This document shows, one piece after another, positions 17,997 to 28,126 of a stretch of 64,000 nt of DNA. Below the pieces are notes generated by a model. It searched no databases. It was not told where the DNA came from and saw only the letters and a program-made list of their open reading frames with translations. Positions within the stretch are counted from its first letter, which is position 1, and the number at the start of each line of letters is the position of its first letter. Source of the stretch: a virus (taxonomy: Duplodnaviria; Caudoviricetes); IMG/VR virus record IMGVR_UViG_3300046710_000146, positions 32,001 through 96,000 of that record. The stretch is one strand, 5' to 3'. A program made the position numbers and the translations under genes.

Positions 17997-18299
17997 ATGA
18001 CATGGAAACTCTTTCTTGACGATGTACGTGCTCCGCCCGATGGTTCTTGGACCGTCGCGCGCAGTGTAGCCGCCGCTGAACACCACATTGAGGCGTACGG
18101 GCTGCCGTTGATCATGAGCCTAGATCACGATCTAGGAGATGGTCGAGACGCGCCGGTGTTGCTCCATCTGCTGATCAACCGATACCTCGATGGTCGCATG
18201 GATTCGCTGAAGTCGGTGCAGATCAGCGTGCATTCCGCAAATCCACGTGGCCGTGAAAACCTGCTGGGCCTCTGGGCCGGCTTTTTGAAAGATGGATAA
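17997..18299 (+). CDS. cyclic-phosphate-processing receiver-domain protein
   Basis: KLFLDD.R.PP..W..ARS, SLDHDLG, HSANP.G motifs. Confidence 0.85.
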   Translation: MTWKLFLDDVRAPPDGSWTVARSVAAAEHHIEAYGLPLIMSLDHDLGDGRDAPVLLHLLINRYLDGRMDSLKSVQISVHSANPRGRENLLGLWAGFLKDG

Positions 18300-18499
18300 T
18301 GAGCAGCACATACGTTCTACATGACACCGAGGTCAAGCTAACTGGCCGAACCGCGCAGCGCAAGATGCCTGGTGGTAAAGCACTGGAGCTCGTCGAGGTC
18401 TCTCCCGCTGATGAGAACGATGGAACCTGGAAGAAATGGGTTCCACGTGCAACGTTATTCGAGATCCAATCAAGCCCACTGCTCCAGGAGACGAAATGA
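18299..18499 (+). CDS. hypothetical protein
   Basis: TAATG coupling. Confidence 0.6.
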   Translation: MSSTYVLHDTEVKLTGRTAQRKMPGGKALELVEVSPADENDGTWKKWVPRATLFEIQSSPLLQETK

Positions 18500-18732
18500 A
18501 ATACACCACCCTCACAACTGTTCAGCTTCTGATCATGACCTTGCTGACGGGCCTGATCGCTGGTGCGCTTTCTGTTGGTGCTGGCATATACCATGAGTTC
18601 ATGCTGCTGCCAACCGTGTACCGAGCGGGTACGGAATGTGTGAAGGTCGTGAACTACCAGAATGGGCACGCATTCACCTGCCCAGATGTTGATGTGCTGC
18701 TCCGTCGGTATCGCATTGGGGTTTCGCAGTGA
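18496..18732 (+). CDS. small membrane-anchored protein
   Basis: AGGAG SD; N-terminal TM; two Cys. Confidence 0.6.
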   Translation: MKYTTLTTVQLLIMTLLTGLIAGALSVGAGIYHEFMLLPTVYRAGTECVKVVNYQNGHAFTCPDVDVLLRRYRIGVSQ

Positions 18733-18773
18733 TCTGACCGTATGTAAATAGGTTGTCCACACAAGGCAACCTC

Positions 18774-19949
18774 ATGACAAAACGTTACGTAAAACTGGAA
18801 TGCTCGATCTGCGCTCGCACTCGTGATTCGCTGATCAACCCAAAGTACTACACCCCCGATAAGTGCACGATCACCCTTGGGTGTGAAGGGCGGCTTTCGC
18901 CAGTCGGTGAAACATCTGATGGGTCTTCACTGATCGGGGTTCCTCCGATTGGGCTTCAAAATTGGTACGCGCGTTCTTCAACGCCAGTTGGCCCTACACC
19001 GCTAATGGCGGACGTGCTGTACGACACAAGCACCGGCAGAACAAGACAGCTGATCGTAGCTATTCAGGATTCTGCAATTGGCTTTACGCCTAATGACACC
19101 TGCACCCTAACCCTGAACCTGATTGCTGAACAGCAACAAGCTCGCGACTATCGCCAGTACACGTACCGTAAGACGGGTTCATTCGCGGTTGTGAATGGTG
19201 TTGAAGATGCAGTGGCGAAAAAGGTGCTACGGTACACGATCACCGGCGCAAATCCTGACCAGGTCGAGGTATATGTTGACGGGGTGAAACGCGTACGTGG
19301 AACAGGCGCTGCTGAATACCAGCTGTATGATGGGGTCGTTGGTTCGCCGGTGCCACCGAACAGTGTGCTGTTCAACACGGTGGTCACGGGTGTAGCACCA
19401 CAAGTAGATGTGATCGTGACCAAGGCGGCCACCCTATCAACACTAAGCCTTCCGCTCGTTCGCATGATTGCCGATGATTCACGTGTTGGGACTGGTGCAT
19501 GGGAAGGCGTAGATGGCATCAAAAAGTTGAACGATCGTTGGAGCTTGTTCTACTGTGACTTTACTGAAGTTGGAACCACGCCAGTTGATGTGAAGCTTCG
19601 ACTTGACCCTGCAGTGGCGAATATGGTTGTACAAGGTAATACGACCGCCATTGTGCCACCAGCGTCATCTGCCATTCTGTTATCACGTACAAAGCTGCAT
19701 ACTGCAGTGGATCGTACGCGTGGTAGTTGGGCGCCACTTTCGATGCTGACCTCGACCGCGAACTACCTGGTGATTAAGTTCTATGACGGGGCGCGGCAGC
19801 TTCTCGTGACAACCGCTTCGGTGCTGGATGTGTTCCCACCGCTCGAGGTTCTTCGGTACAACACCCCTACTTTACTTCGTACGGGGCTATCAGGAAACAA
19901 CGACGCTGGTGAAATTGACAGCTCAATCACGATTGGACCTGACGCATGA
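18774..19949 (+). CDS. late structural protein with N-terminal Cys cluster
   Basis: TAAATA at 18745; CSIC...C....C; VEVYVDGV beta-sandwich-like segment. Confidence 0.7.
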   Translation: MTKRYVKLECSICARTRDSLINPKYYTPDKCTITLGCEGRLSPVGETSDGSSLIGVPPIGLQNWYARSSTPVGPTPLMADVLYDTSTGRTRQLIVAIQDSAIGFTPNDTCTLTLNLIAEQQQARDYRQYTYRKTGSFAVVNGVEDAVAKKVLRYTITGANPDQVEVYVDGVKRVRGTGAAEYQLYDGVVGSPVPPNSVLFNTVVTGVAPQVDVIVTKAATLSTLSLPLVRMIADDSRVGTGAWEGVDGIKKLNDRWSLFYCDFTEVGTTPVDVKLRLDPAVANMVVQGNTTAIVPPASSAILLSRTKLHTAVDRTRGSWAPLSMLTSTANYLVIKFYDGARQLLVTTASVLDVFPPLEVLRYNTPTLLRTGLSGNNDAGEIDSSITIGPDA

Positions 19950-20395
19950 TCGTCCCACCTGCAGGCACTCCTGCATTCTACACGGTGCTATTTGAAGAAC
20001 CAGCGGCAAAGAAGCTCGCAAAGCTCATGTCGCCAAGCTCAGTTGACGTTGAACAGATTATTGTGACATCACTTGATCTTGGCTCTGATATAGAGGCCAC
20101 GAATGAGCTCGACGCCGCGGTGCGTTCCTTGTTTGAAGGACAGAAGTATGATCACACGATGAAGTTCAACCCGATCTATCTGCCAATCGAGGGTGAAGAG
20201 CTTTCAACAAAGCTAGAGTTAGATCATGATGGTGATCTAACTGCCATTGATGGTTTTGCGAGCCCATACGTCAGCGCATCGATCAAGCTCAGCATTGAGG
20301 ACTATCCCGATGTAGTTGACGGGGCAATCAACTTTAAACAGTTCGAGCTCCCAACAATGCGCGAGCTCATTGACCATCAGGTTCTTATCTCATGA
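19946..20395 (+). CDS. hypothetical protein
   Basis: ATGA coupling. Confidence 0.65.
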   Translation: MIVPPAGTPAFYTVLFEEPAAKKLAKLMSPSSVDVEQIIVTSLDLGSDIEATNELDAAVRSLFEGQKYDHTMKFNPIYLPIEGEELSTKLELDHDGDLTAIDGFASPYVSASIKLSIEDYPDVVDGAINFKQFELPTMRELIDHQVLIS

Positions 20396-20805
20396 CCACC
20401 ATCTCTCCTACACTTTATAAGTACGCGATGAACATCAAGCTTAGCTCGGTGGAACCATCGCCTATGAACCTGGTATTTCCAAGCATTGAGGACATGGTGT
20501 TATCCTCGCGAAAATTTGATAAGCTTGAGGAGGCTGTTGACTCAGCTAATCGATTAGTCGGTGAGATTACAGGAACGCTTAATCTGGCCGTTTCAGGCGA
20601 GAAGTACAAGATGGTGGCTGAGATCAACCCAAGATTTACCGGGAAAGAAACGATCTCAAAGGATTGGGAGACGAATGAGGTTGCGAAGCTTTGGATCTAC
20701 GACAAGATCCTGCACGAGGCAAAGAAGGGTGGAACTGGGAACATCCTAGCCATTGCGCTCACACAGCTTCTGGAGATCCCTGGAGATTCCGTGTTGTTGA
20801 ACTGA
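20392..20805 (+). CDS. hypothetical protein
   Basis: ATGA coupling. Confidence 0.65.
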   Translation: MTTISPTLYKYAMNIKLSSVEPSPMNLVFPSIEDMVLSSRKFDKLEEAVDSANRLVGEITGTLNLAVSGEKYKMVAEINPRFTGKETISKDWETNEVAKLWIYDKILHEAKKGGTGNILAIALTQLLEIPGDSVLLN

Positions 20806-20886
20806 CCCTGACCCATAGGCGGGTTGCACGGGGCTTGGTGTTACGTTACAATTACATCTGTATCAACACACCTACAAAGGTTTCCT

Positions 20887-21240
20887 ATGCGCAATCCCCT
20901 TGCTGTCGCCGGTGCGGCTGACAAACCAAACGTGAAGTTCAAGAGCATCCAAGACATCATGCGTGATCCCACCATGAAGGCAAAGCTGAACAACCTGGTC
21001 GATGAGGCCGTGCGTTGCAAGCAACGAATCTACACCGAACAACAGGCGATGAAGGATCTTCGCGACGTGGCCCGGAACGATGTGGCGTTGAACCCAAAGC
21101 TGTTCAACTACTACGTGGCCATGGTGTTCAACAACGACTACGCCGCTCGCAAAGAGAACGTTGATCAACTTGAAACACTGATTGAAACCGTGATGAACCT
21201 CGGTGGCATGGTTGACGATGCCCCTGGCTTCGACGACTAA
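20887..21240 (+). CDS. dsbA: double-stranded DNA-binding protein (T4 DsbA-like)
   Basis: L..LVDEA...K..I.....KDL...A...L.PKLFN.....F pattern recalled from T4 DsbA. Confidence 0.65.
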   Translation: MRNPLAVAGAADKPNVKFKSIQDIMRDPTMKAKLNNLVDEAVRCKQRIYTEQQAMKDLRDVARNDVALNPKLFNYYVAMVFNNDYAARKENVDQLETLIETVMNLGGMVDDAPGFDD

Positions 21241-21243
21241 TCG

Positions 21244-21495
21244 ATGACCTGCATTAGATTTGGTGATGATCGTTCCATGGGCTTTGTCTGTGTGAACGAT
21301 CAGATCCGGCTTCATGTTGGAAACCGGTATGTGTGGATGAGCTGGCACGATTACACTGGGCCTTCTTTCTACACAATGGAAAACGGCGAGGAGGTCTATT
21401 ATGATCCAGTTGACGAGAACGACCCAGTGTGGGAACCGTTCGGTCGCTGGCTTATAAAGCACAACGCCGCTAAAGAGGCACGCACCAAAAAATGA
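21244..21495 (+). CDS. hypothetical protein
   Basis: 83-aa ORF following dsbA. Confidence 0.55.
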   Translation: MTCIRFGDDRSMGFVCVNDQIRLHVGNRYVWMSWHDYTGPSFYTMENGEEVYYDPVDENDPVWEPFGRWLIKHNAAKEARTKK

Positions 21496-21500
21496 CAGTG

Positions 21501-22292
21501 TCATTGGCGGCAGTTGTCAAAATGCCATCGCCTCATGTTCCCTGCTGTTCCGGTTTTTCCACAATGTGGGCATGTAATCTTTGGCAAGCTTAGCCCCTGT
21601 TCACTGCGCTTCTGCCATGCTGCACGCTGACTCTCTTTATGTTTTTCAGACAGCGGTTTTCCAGTATGCAGTGCAACGAGCCGATCCCGTTGTTCTTGTG
21701 ACAACGGGATCCCCTTGCGGCTTTCAGACATCTTCCTGATTGTCTCGGCTGATCGTGGTTTGCCAGTAAACGCAGCCCTTAGTTTTGCCCGGGTTTCATC
21801 TTTAACCGGGCGACCCATCATGCCAGCGGAAATCTTGGCACACGTTTCAGCAGATGGCAGTGCTTTATTCTTTTGACCTTTACTGAGATTTGCACGCTCT
21901 TGCTCTGATCGTGGGCGACCTTTCTGAGCAGCCCCGATTTTGGCACGGTGCTCCGAGGATTTTGGCCTGCCAGCGACGCAAAAAGCGATACCGCCGGCTG
22001 GGTCAATAAAATGGCGATTGAGACATAGTGGATCTAACCGGTGCCCCTTAATCAGTTGCTGTTCTTCCCAATAGCAGTCTAGTGTTTCTCCAGTCATAAT
22101 GATTTGCCACTCAAATGCCTCGATCCCAAATGCGGAAATATTGCGCTTCATAATAGTGCTGGAGGACTGATAGTGATGTCTAAAATCTTGCTCAGGAGTT
22201 CGCTTCTTACGGATGTTAGCAGACCTGGACCCATAATAGAACTCGCCAGTTTGCTTGTTACGAATACAATATACATATGCCTGAAATGTCAT
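21501..22292 (-). mobile_element. free-standing GIY-YIG (Seg-like) homing endonuclease with NUMOD3 repeats
   Basis: YVYCIRN...FYYGSR, Y.SSS; repeated S.E.RAKIS/G motifs; CPHC..RWHFDNC tail; AGGAG SD and TAAATA upstream. Confidence 0.9.
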
Positions 22293-23995
22293 CAAATACT
22301 CCTAAAGATCAGAACTATTTAGCAAGTTCGTACATTAGTTCAACACACGATTGGGACTCCGACAAGATTCTTGTTTGGGAGCGCCCAATTGGTGGGGGTG
22401 AACGACGCGTCGTAATGCACGATGCCCCACGGTACTTCTACGTGCCGGATGATGAGGGTGAGCATACCGCAATTGATGGGGTGAAGCTCAAGAAGTTCGT
22501 GTTCGATTCGAAAGATGAGTTCACGGCTGAAGCCCGGCGCCATCGCATCAAGTATGAAAGCGATATCCAGCCCGAGGCCCGACTGCTGATGGAGGCGTAC
22601 TACGGGCGCCCAACACCAGTCGTGAACTACGCGTTCCTCGACATCGAGGTTGATTACTCCTCGAAGATTGGTTGGAGCTCGCCAGAGAATCCGTACGCCC
22701 CGATAAACGCGATCACGATCTTCCAGTCATGGACAGGTAAGTACCTGACGTACGCGGTGCCACCAAAAACCTGGAAGGGTGATGAGGCTACGCTGCAGCT
22801 TGAAGTCCAGCGACTCTGGAAAGAGCACAAGCTGGACTTTGTACCCGATGTCACGATCTGTAAGACTGAGCGTGATCTGCTGTTGTATATGCTCGGTGAT
22901 ATCGAGGATGCCGACATAATCAGCGGCTGGAACTCTGAGTTCTTCGACAACCCGTACATCATCAAGCGACTTGAACGAGTCCTTGGTAAGAAGGGTCCAG
23001 GGCACATGTCATTCAAGGGGGCACGACCCCCTGCTGAACGAATCGTGAATCGATTTGGATCGCCCGCGATCACGTTCACTTTGTACGGTAGAACACACCT
23101 TGACTATCTTGATCTCTTCAAGAAGTTCACGTTTGAAGGGCGGGTCTCATACTCACTCGCGAACATCGCGGCTGAGGAGCTTGACGTTCCGAAGCTCGAC
23201 TATCCAGGTACGTTGGAGCAGCTGTACCATAACGACTTCGCACATTTCATCACGTATAACGCCCGCGACGTTGAGGTGCTTGTGCAGCTGGATATGAAGT
23301 TCAAGCTCATGCAGCTTGTGAACCAGATGGCACATGAGAACACCGTGCCGTTCATGGCAATTCTTGGCACCGTCCGATACGTTGAGACTGGGATGATTAA
23401 TCGTGCGCACAACGCGCACAACTTGATCGTGTGCGACAAGAACATGTCGGGCGAGTTGAATGAGAAGGTTGAAGGCGCCGTGGTGATGACACCTCGTGCA
23501 GGTCTATGGGAATGGATTGGTTCAATCGATCTTACCTCGCTGTACCCAAGCACCGCCCGCGCCCTGAACATGTCGATTGAAACCTTCGTTGGGCAGTTCG
23601 TTGATGAAGAGCGTGCATGGGAAGGTATCCGTGCCAGAGATGACAATCCATGGGAGGCCGTGATCTCCCATGAGAGCATCACGGCTACTGGGGCTCAGTG
23701 GTTCGAGTACCTACGAGCCGAGAACTATGCAATCTCTGGGTTCGGCACGATCTTCGATCAGAACAAACCTGGAATCGTTGCGGACACCCTGACATATTGG
23801 TTCAATGAGCGGCTTCGGCTACAGGCCAGTAAGAAAGCCGCGATTGCGGAGGTTAAGACGCTCAAGGCAACCTTGGGTATTCCCGCCCCCGCAGGGCTAC
23901 TTATCAAGGAAATGGCTGATCATGATCCATCATCAAAATTAGACGAAGGACTGTCAATTTATAACGACGACGATGGAATGCCAAATCAACTATGA
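22277..23995 (+). CDS. family B DNA polymerase, N-terminal subunit (gp43A-like: exonuclease, motif A, first finger helix)
   Basis: ExoI DIE, ExoII GWNSEFFD, ExoIII YNARD, motif A DLTSLYPS. Confidence 0.92.
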   Translation: MPEMSSNTPKDQNYLASSYISSTHDWDSDKILVWERPIGGGERRVVMHDAPRYFYVPDDEGEHTAIDGVKLKKFVFDSKDEFTAEARRHRIKYESDIQPEARLLMEAYYGRPTPVVNYAFLDIEVDYSSKIGWSSPENPYAPINAITIFQSWTGKYLTYAVPPKTWKGDEATLQLEVQRLWKEHKLDFVPDVTICKTERDLLLYMLGDIEDADIISGWNSEFFDNPYIIKRLERVLGKKGPGHMSFKGARPPAERIVNRFGSPAITFTLYGRTHLDYLDLFKKFTFEGRVSYSLANIAAEELDVPKLDYPGTLEQLYHNDFAHFITYNARDVEVLVQLDMKFKLMQLVNQMAHENTVPFMAILGTVRYVETGMINRAHNAHNLIVCDKNMSGELNEKVEGAVVMTPRAGLWEWIGSIDLTSLYPSTARALNMSIETFVGQFVDEERAWEGIRARDDNPWEAVISHESITATGAQWFEYLRAENYAISGFGTIFDQNKPGIVADTLTYWFNERLRLQASKKAAIAEVKTLKATLGIPAPAGLLIKEMADHDPSSKLDEGLSIYNDDDGMPNQL

Positions 23996-25356
23996 ACCTC
24001 GCACAAATTAAGAAGCAGTTGAAATCCGGAGATCTGATTCTGGACGGGGGGAAACTGTACACAAAAGAAGAGTGGGAGCAGATCAAAGCAAAGCAAGCTG
24101 AAGCAGATCACTACGATTTGCTTCAGCTCACGAAGAAGATTCAGCTGAACTCGGCATATGGTGCGCTCTTGAATGAAGCCTTCCGTTTCGGTCGTCGCGA
24201 AATCGGTGCGTCAATTACTGGCACTGGTCGCCAGATCACGAAGCACATGGGGCAGACGATTGGGACCCTTGCAACTGGGAACAAATGCACGTTCGAGAAG
24301 CGCTATGGTGACTTCAAGAACAAGAGCACACGCGCTGGGTCGTTTGAATCAGGCGAGCTGTACGGTGAGTGGCTCCAAGCTGAGAACTTCGAAGCGCTCC
24401 GTAATCTGCCGCAAGAGCAGCAATGGACACGGAAGTTCAGCAAGGAAAAGAACGCCGAGGTTGATGTCGGTTCCGGTGCAATATGGTTCACAGAGTGCCC
24501 AGCAATCATCTATGGTGATACTGACTCGTGCTACTTCTTAACGTACGGAACAGACTACGACGAGGCGGTTGCGCTAGCTGATGAGATTGCAACGCAAACG
24601 AACGCGACATTCCCAGCGTTTATGCAAGAGGCATTCAACTGTACAGGCGGTCGAGAGCTGTTGATCAAAGGCGCTCGTGAAGTCGTAGCTGAGCGTGGAC
24701 TGTTCATGCACATTAAGAAGAAGTACACGTTGCGTGTTGTCAATCTCGATGGGTATGATCTGCGGTCAAAGCCGAAGTTGAAGTCCATGGGATCTGAGAT
24801 CAAGAAAGCTGACACGCCAAAGGTGGTGCAGGACTTCTTGAAGGATCTGATGGACCTGGTACTCACCGGTAAACCGTACGCCGCAATGGAGGAGTTCATA
24901 AATGCACATCGTGGATCGTTGATCGGCGACGCGAAGGATGTGCTTGAGCTTGCAACCGCGAAGCAGGTGAACAACTTGGACGCGCTGTACGCTGAGTACA
25001 AGCGCACCGAGAAGATCAATAATGGAAAGATGAAGCACTGCCCAGGTCACGTTCGTTCCGCGATAAACTTCAACGAGATGCTTGAGCTCTTCGATGCAGG
25101 TGGAATGCAACCGCTGAAGGCGGGTGACAAAGCCGCGATTCTGTACTTGAAGGACAACGCATACAGGATCAACTCAATTGGGTTTCCACCTGACATGCAG
25201 CACCTCCCTGACTGGTTCGTCGAGAACTTCGCGGTCGATCTACGAAAGACCGAAGAGAAGATGATCGATAGCAAGGTTTCAGGGATCTTCAAGGCCCTTG
25301 GATATGAGACCCCAACCCTGCAGATGGCGCACCTGAAAAGCTCCTTCACATTCTGA
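23992..25356 (+). CDS. family B DNA polymerase, C-terminal subunit (gp43B-like: motifs B and C, thumb)
   Basis: KIQLNSAYG, YGDTDS, KKKY; ATGA overlap with subunit A. Confidence 0.92.
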   Translation: MNLAQIKKQLKSGDLILDGGKLYTKEEWEQIKAKQAEADHYDLLQLTKKIQLNSAYGALLNEAFRFGRREIGASITGTGRQITKHMGQTIGTLATGNKCTFEKRYGDFKNKSTRAGSFESGELYGEWLQAENFEALRNLPQEQQWTRKFSKEKNAEVDVGSGAIWFTECPAIIYGDTDSCYFLTYGTDYDEAVALADEIATQTNATFPAFMQEAFNCTGGRELLIKGAREVVAERGLFMHIKKKYTLRVVNLDGYDLRSKPKLKSMGSEIKKADTPKVVQDFLKDLMDLVLTGKPYAAMEEFINAHRGSLIGDAKDVLELATAKQVNNLDALYAEYKRTEKINNGKMKHCPGHVRSAINFNEMLELFDAGGMQPLKAGDKAAILYLKDNAYRINSIGFPPDMQHLPDWFVENFAVDLRKTEEKMIDSKVSGIFKALGYETPTLQMAHLKSSFTF

Positions 25357-25402
25357 CCCAAGAGCCAAATGCCCTTTACTCCTATTTGTTTACAATCATC
25401 AT

Positions 25403-26128
25403 ATGAAACTAACTGAAGCTGATCTGCCTAAATTTCGTGCTGCGCTCCTAGCATGCAAACTTGCCGGTCTCGACACCGTTGTGATCTCTGAAGGTATGCT
25501 TCGGGGTCTTGGCGATAAACGGAACGCCGCAATTGTGAGTGAGCTGAAGCTCTCAATTGATCCTGTGATCAGCATGGGGATCTCACGGGTGCCTGAGCTT
25601 GAGAAACGAATTGCAATGTTCGGTGAGCTCGTTGAGATTGATCTTGATGTGAACGATGCGAATAAGGTCAGAAAGCTTACCATTCGTGGTAAAGGCGGTA
25701 AGGTTGAATTCCGCTGTACTGACGAGAAGCTGATCACATACCCAAAGGCGAACAACGACGAACCAGGGGCAGTGGTGACGTTCACCAGACCCGAGGTAGC
25801 ACTCCTGGCAAAGGGCGCTAAGACCCTCTCTGTCGATCAGCTCACGTTCCAGATCAAGCGTGATGGCGCGGTGCATATTGAATGCGCTGATGCAGCCATG
25901 GACCGATTCGAGATTGATCTGGAAACCCCCGCGATGTTCGTTGAGGACTCATATCCAATTGTGAATCCATTCGATGTGTCTTCGGGTGGTGTGTTCCTCC
26001 AGCTGCTGGAACACATGGTCAAGGACTCAGACAGCATTGAACTTGTCGTCATGAAAACGGGGAACGTTGGCATGAAGATCTTTGGGCACGATGTGCTCGC
26101 AATCCCACGCGTACAAATTGGAGATTAA
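25403..26128 (+). CDS. probable sliding clamp (gp45-like)
   Basis: 241 aa; alternating alpha/beta two-domain pattern; directly after the polymerase; no diagnostic motif. Confidence 0.5.
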   Translation: MKLTEADLPKFRAALLACKLAGLDTVVISEGMLRGLGDKRNAAIVSELKLSIDPVISMGISRVPELEKRIAMFGELVEIDLDVNDANKVRKLTIRGKGGKVEFRCTDEKLITYPKANNDEPGAVVTFTRPEVALLAKGAKTLSVDQLTFQIKRDGAVHIECADAAMDRFEIDLETPAMFVEDSYPIVNPFDVSSGGVFLQLLEHMVKDSDSIELVVMKTGNVGMKIFGHDVLAIPRVQIGD

Positions 26129-26130
26129 TC

Positions 26131-26487
26131 ATGGATGATATGGAAAAGAACCGCAGCGAGAACGTTGCAAGCTTGGAAACTCAGCTGCAACACGCGCTAT
26201 CTGAGGCCGCAAGGTACAAAGCTATCGCTGACAAATGGGAGCCAGTGTGCCATGCTGAAGTCGGCACCGAGGAGGTGCGTGTTACGCTTTCATTCGGCGG
26301 CAAGCGCTCAACTGCCTCGATCACGTTCGATTCTTTGGCAAGAACTGATGTCGTCACGGCGACCTCGGCAATCGTTGATGTGCTGATTGACAGCAACGTA
26401 GCAGCGCGTCTTCGTGAGGCGGTACAACCTGAGATTGCGCGCATTCAACCATCGTTGAAGGCCGTTGAGAGGGCAGGCAAATGGTGA
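26131..26487 (+). CDS. hypothetical protein
   Basis: GGAG SD. Confidence 0.65.
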   Translation: MDDMEKNRSENVASLETQLQHALSEAARYKAIADKWEPVCHAEVGTEEVRVTLSFGGKRSTASITFDSLARTDVVTATSAIVDVLIDSNVAARLREAVQPEIARIQPSLKAVERAGKW

Positions 26488-26855
26488 ACTGGTTTAAACG
26501 GCTCTTCTCCAGTGAGCGATCGGCTGAGCGCCAGGATGCTGAGCTTCTGTTAGCCGACCGCGATCGGTTCTTTGCAACGATGGAGGCAAGCGATCAGCCA
26601 TGGGCCATGTTCGAGATCAAGGACTTCCCTGCTGATGGACAGATCAAGGTCGAGTTCAACTGGAACAAAGCCTTCATTGCCCGCATTAACGGTCTTGGGT
26701 TCCAAGCCGAGAATGAACAAGACACCGTGCAGCTGTTCTTCTATGCCAGCCAGATGAAACCACAGGATCTTGCTGATGAAGGTGGTGATGGCGATGCGGC
26801 TCAGTCTGACAATCATCCAACCTTGACCGCTGCTACAAATCGAGTAGCACGATGA
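26481..26855 (+). CDS. conserved phage hypothetical protein
   Basis: EFNWNKAFI..L..G motif. Confidence 0.65.
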   Translation: MVNWFKRLFSSERSAERQDAELLLADRDRFFATMEASDQPWAMFEIKDFPADGQIKVEFNWNKAFIARINGLGFQAENEQDTVQLFFYASQMKPQDLADEGGDGDAAQSDNHPTLTAATNRVAR

Positions 26856-27106
26856 GCATCTCATTTAAAGATCTAACTTCAGCTGATTTTGCGAAGGCCA
26901 TTAAGAACGGCATTCAGCTGGAGCTTGAAGCGGCGATCGTCAAGGAGCTCACCAATGTCGTGATGCCAAAGATTAAAGAGCTGGCAAAGAAGGCCGCTCG
27001 TGATGTGTGCGAACGGGGTAATGCGCAGATCGTGCATGACGCGATGTCCCAAGAGCTTCGTGCATATGTGTCATTTGATAGTGGCGTGACAATTGAAGAG
27101 GCTTGA
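26852..27106 (+). CDS. hypothetical protein
   Basis: ATGA coupling. Confidence 0.6.
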   Translation: MSISFKDLTSADFAKAIKNGIQLELEAAIVKELTNVVMPKIKELAKKAARDVCERGNAQIVHDAMSQELRAYVSFDSGVTIEEA

Positions 27107-27109
27107 ATT

Positions 27110-28126
27110 ATGAAACGAATGGTATGTGACGTCTCAAATTTATTTTGGAGATCAGTGAGCGCTCAACAGCGGTACGGCCCGGCTGATGCGACTGATTCAG
27201 CTGGTCTCGGGCTGCATATGAGCTTGATGTCGCTGCGCAAGCACTGGAACAACATCAAGCCAGACAAGCTCGCGATTGTGTTCGAAGGAAAGCAGAACTG
27301 GCGGAAAGAATACACCCGCTCTGATCAGTGCTATTCTCAGCGGCTGTACAAGGGAAACCGTGTTGCTGATCCAAGCATGGCTGTTCTGTTTGAGGTCATG
27401 AAGGCCTTTGAAGATCTTGCACGGCAGCATACGAACATCGTGACACTCGTGCACCCACGTCTTGAAGGCGATGATTTGATCGGTGGCTATGCGCATCATT
27501 TTGCTCAGCAGGGCGATGAGGTTGCAATCTTGTCTGGTGACAAGGACTTCGTGCAGTTCCTTGGTAACCCGCTGATCTCGCTGATCAACCCAGATGATGG
27601 CAAACCGCGGACCTTGTTGGATGTCTGTGGGGTTGATGATGCTGGGTACTTCATGTTTGAGAAGTGTTTCCGTGGCGACGCAGGCGACAACGTTCTCCCT
27701 GGGTTGCCGCGCGTTCGCAAGACCAAGCTGCAGAAGGCGTACGGCATAAATGGGGTGCCGGCCGATGACTTCGAGATGACGAACCTGATGAATAGCTCAT
27801 GGGAGTTCATCCACCCCGAGTCAGGCGATAAGCGCATGATGTCTGTCGAGAAGATGTACGTGGAGAATGATCTGTTGATGAACCTCCGTGGGCAGCCACC
27901 TGAGATTCAGGCACTGATCACCCAGGTCATCGAGCATGAAAGTGAGAACCATGGGAAGTTCGACTTCTTCCAGTTCCAGAAGTTCCTTGGCACATACAAG
28001 CTTCAACAGATCGCTGAGCGCTCGACGGACTTTGTGCCGATGTTCAGCGGGAAGTCACCATCAACGGTTCCAGCAAATTCAAAGGTCAAACAGCTCGCTG
28101 AGCGGCTTGGAGGGCTATCATTTTGA
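27110..28126 (+). CDS. rnh: T4-type RNase H / 5'-3' flap exonuclease
   Basis: D.SN, WRK..Y, YKGNR, EGDDLI, SGDKDF.Q, GD.GDNV. Confidence 0.92.
   Translation: MKRMVCDVSNLFWRSVSAQQRYGPADATDSAGLGLHMSLMSLRKHWNNIKPDKLAIVFEGKQNWRKEYTRSDQCYSQRLYKGNRVADPSMAVLFEVMKAFEDLARQHTNIVTLVHPRLEGDDLIGGYAHHFAQQGDEVAILSGDKDFVQFLGNPLISLINPDDGKPRTLLDVCGVDDAGYFMFEKCFRGDAGDNVLPGLPRVRKTKLQKAYGINGVPADDFEMTNLMNSSWEFIHPESGDKRMMSVEKMYVENDLLMNLRGQPPEIQALITQVIEHESENHGKFDFFQFQKFLGTYKLQQIAERSTDFVPMFSGKSPSTVPANSKVKQLAERLGGLSF

Noticed and set aside
23900-24120. Intein, group I intron, programmed frameshift or ribosomal hop joining the polymerase halves (ADH occurs in both flanks)
   Set aside because: No intein C/HN termini, too short for an intron, no slippery heptamer, and a clean ATGA coupling is present; the ADH match differs at nucleotide level
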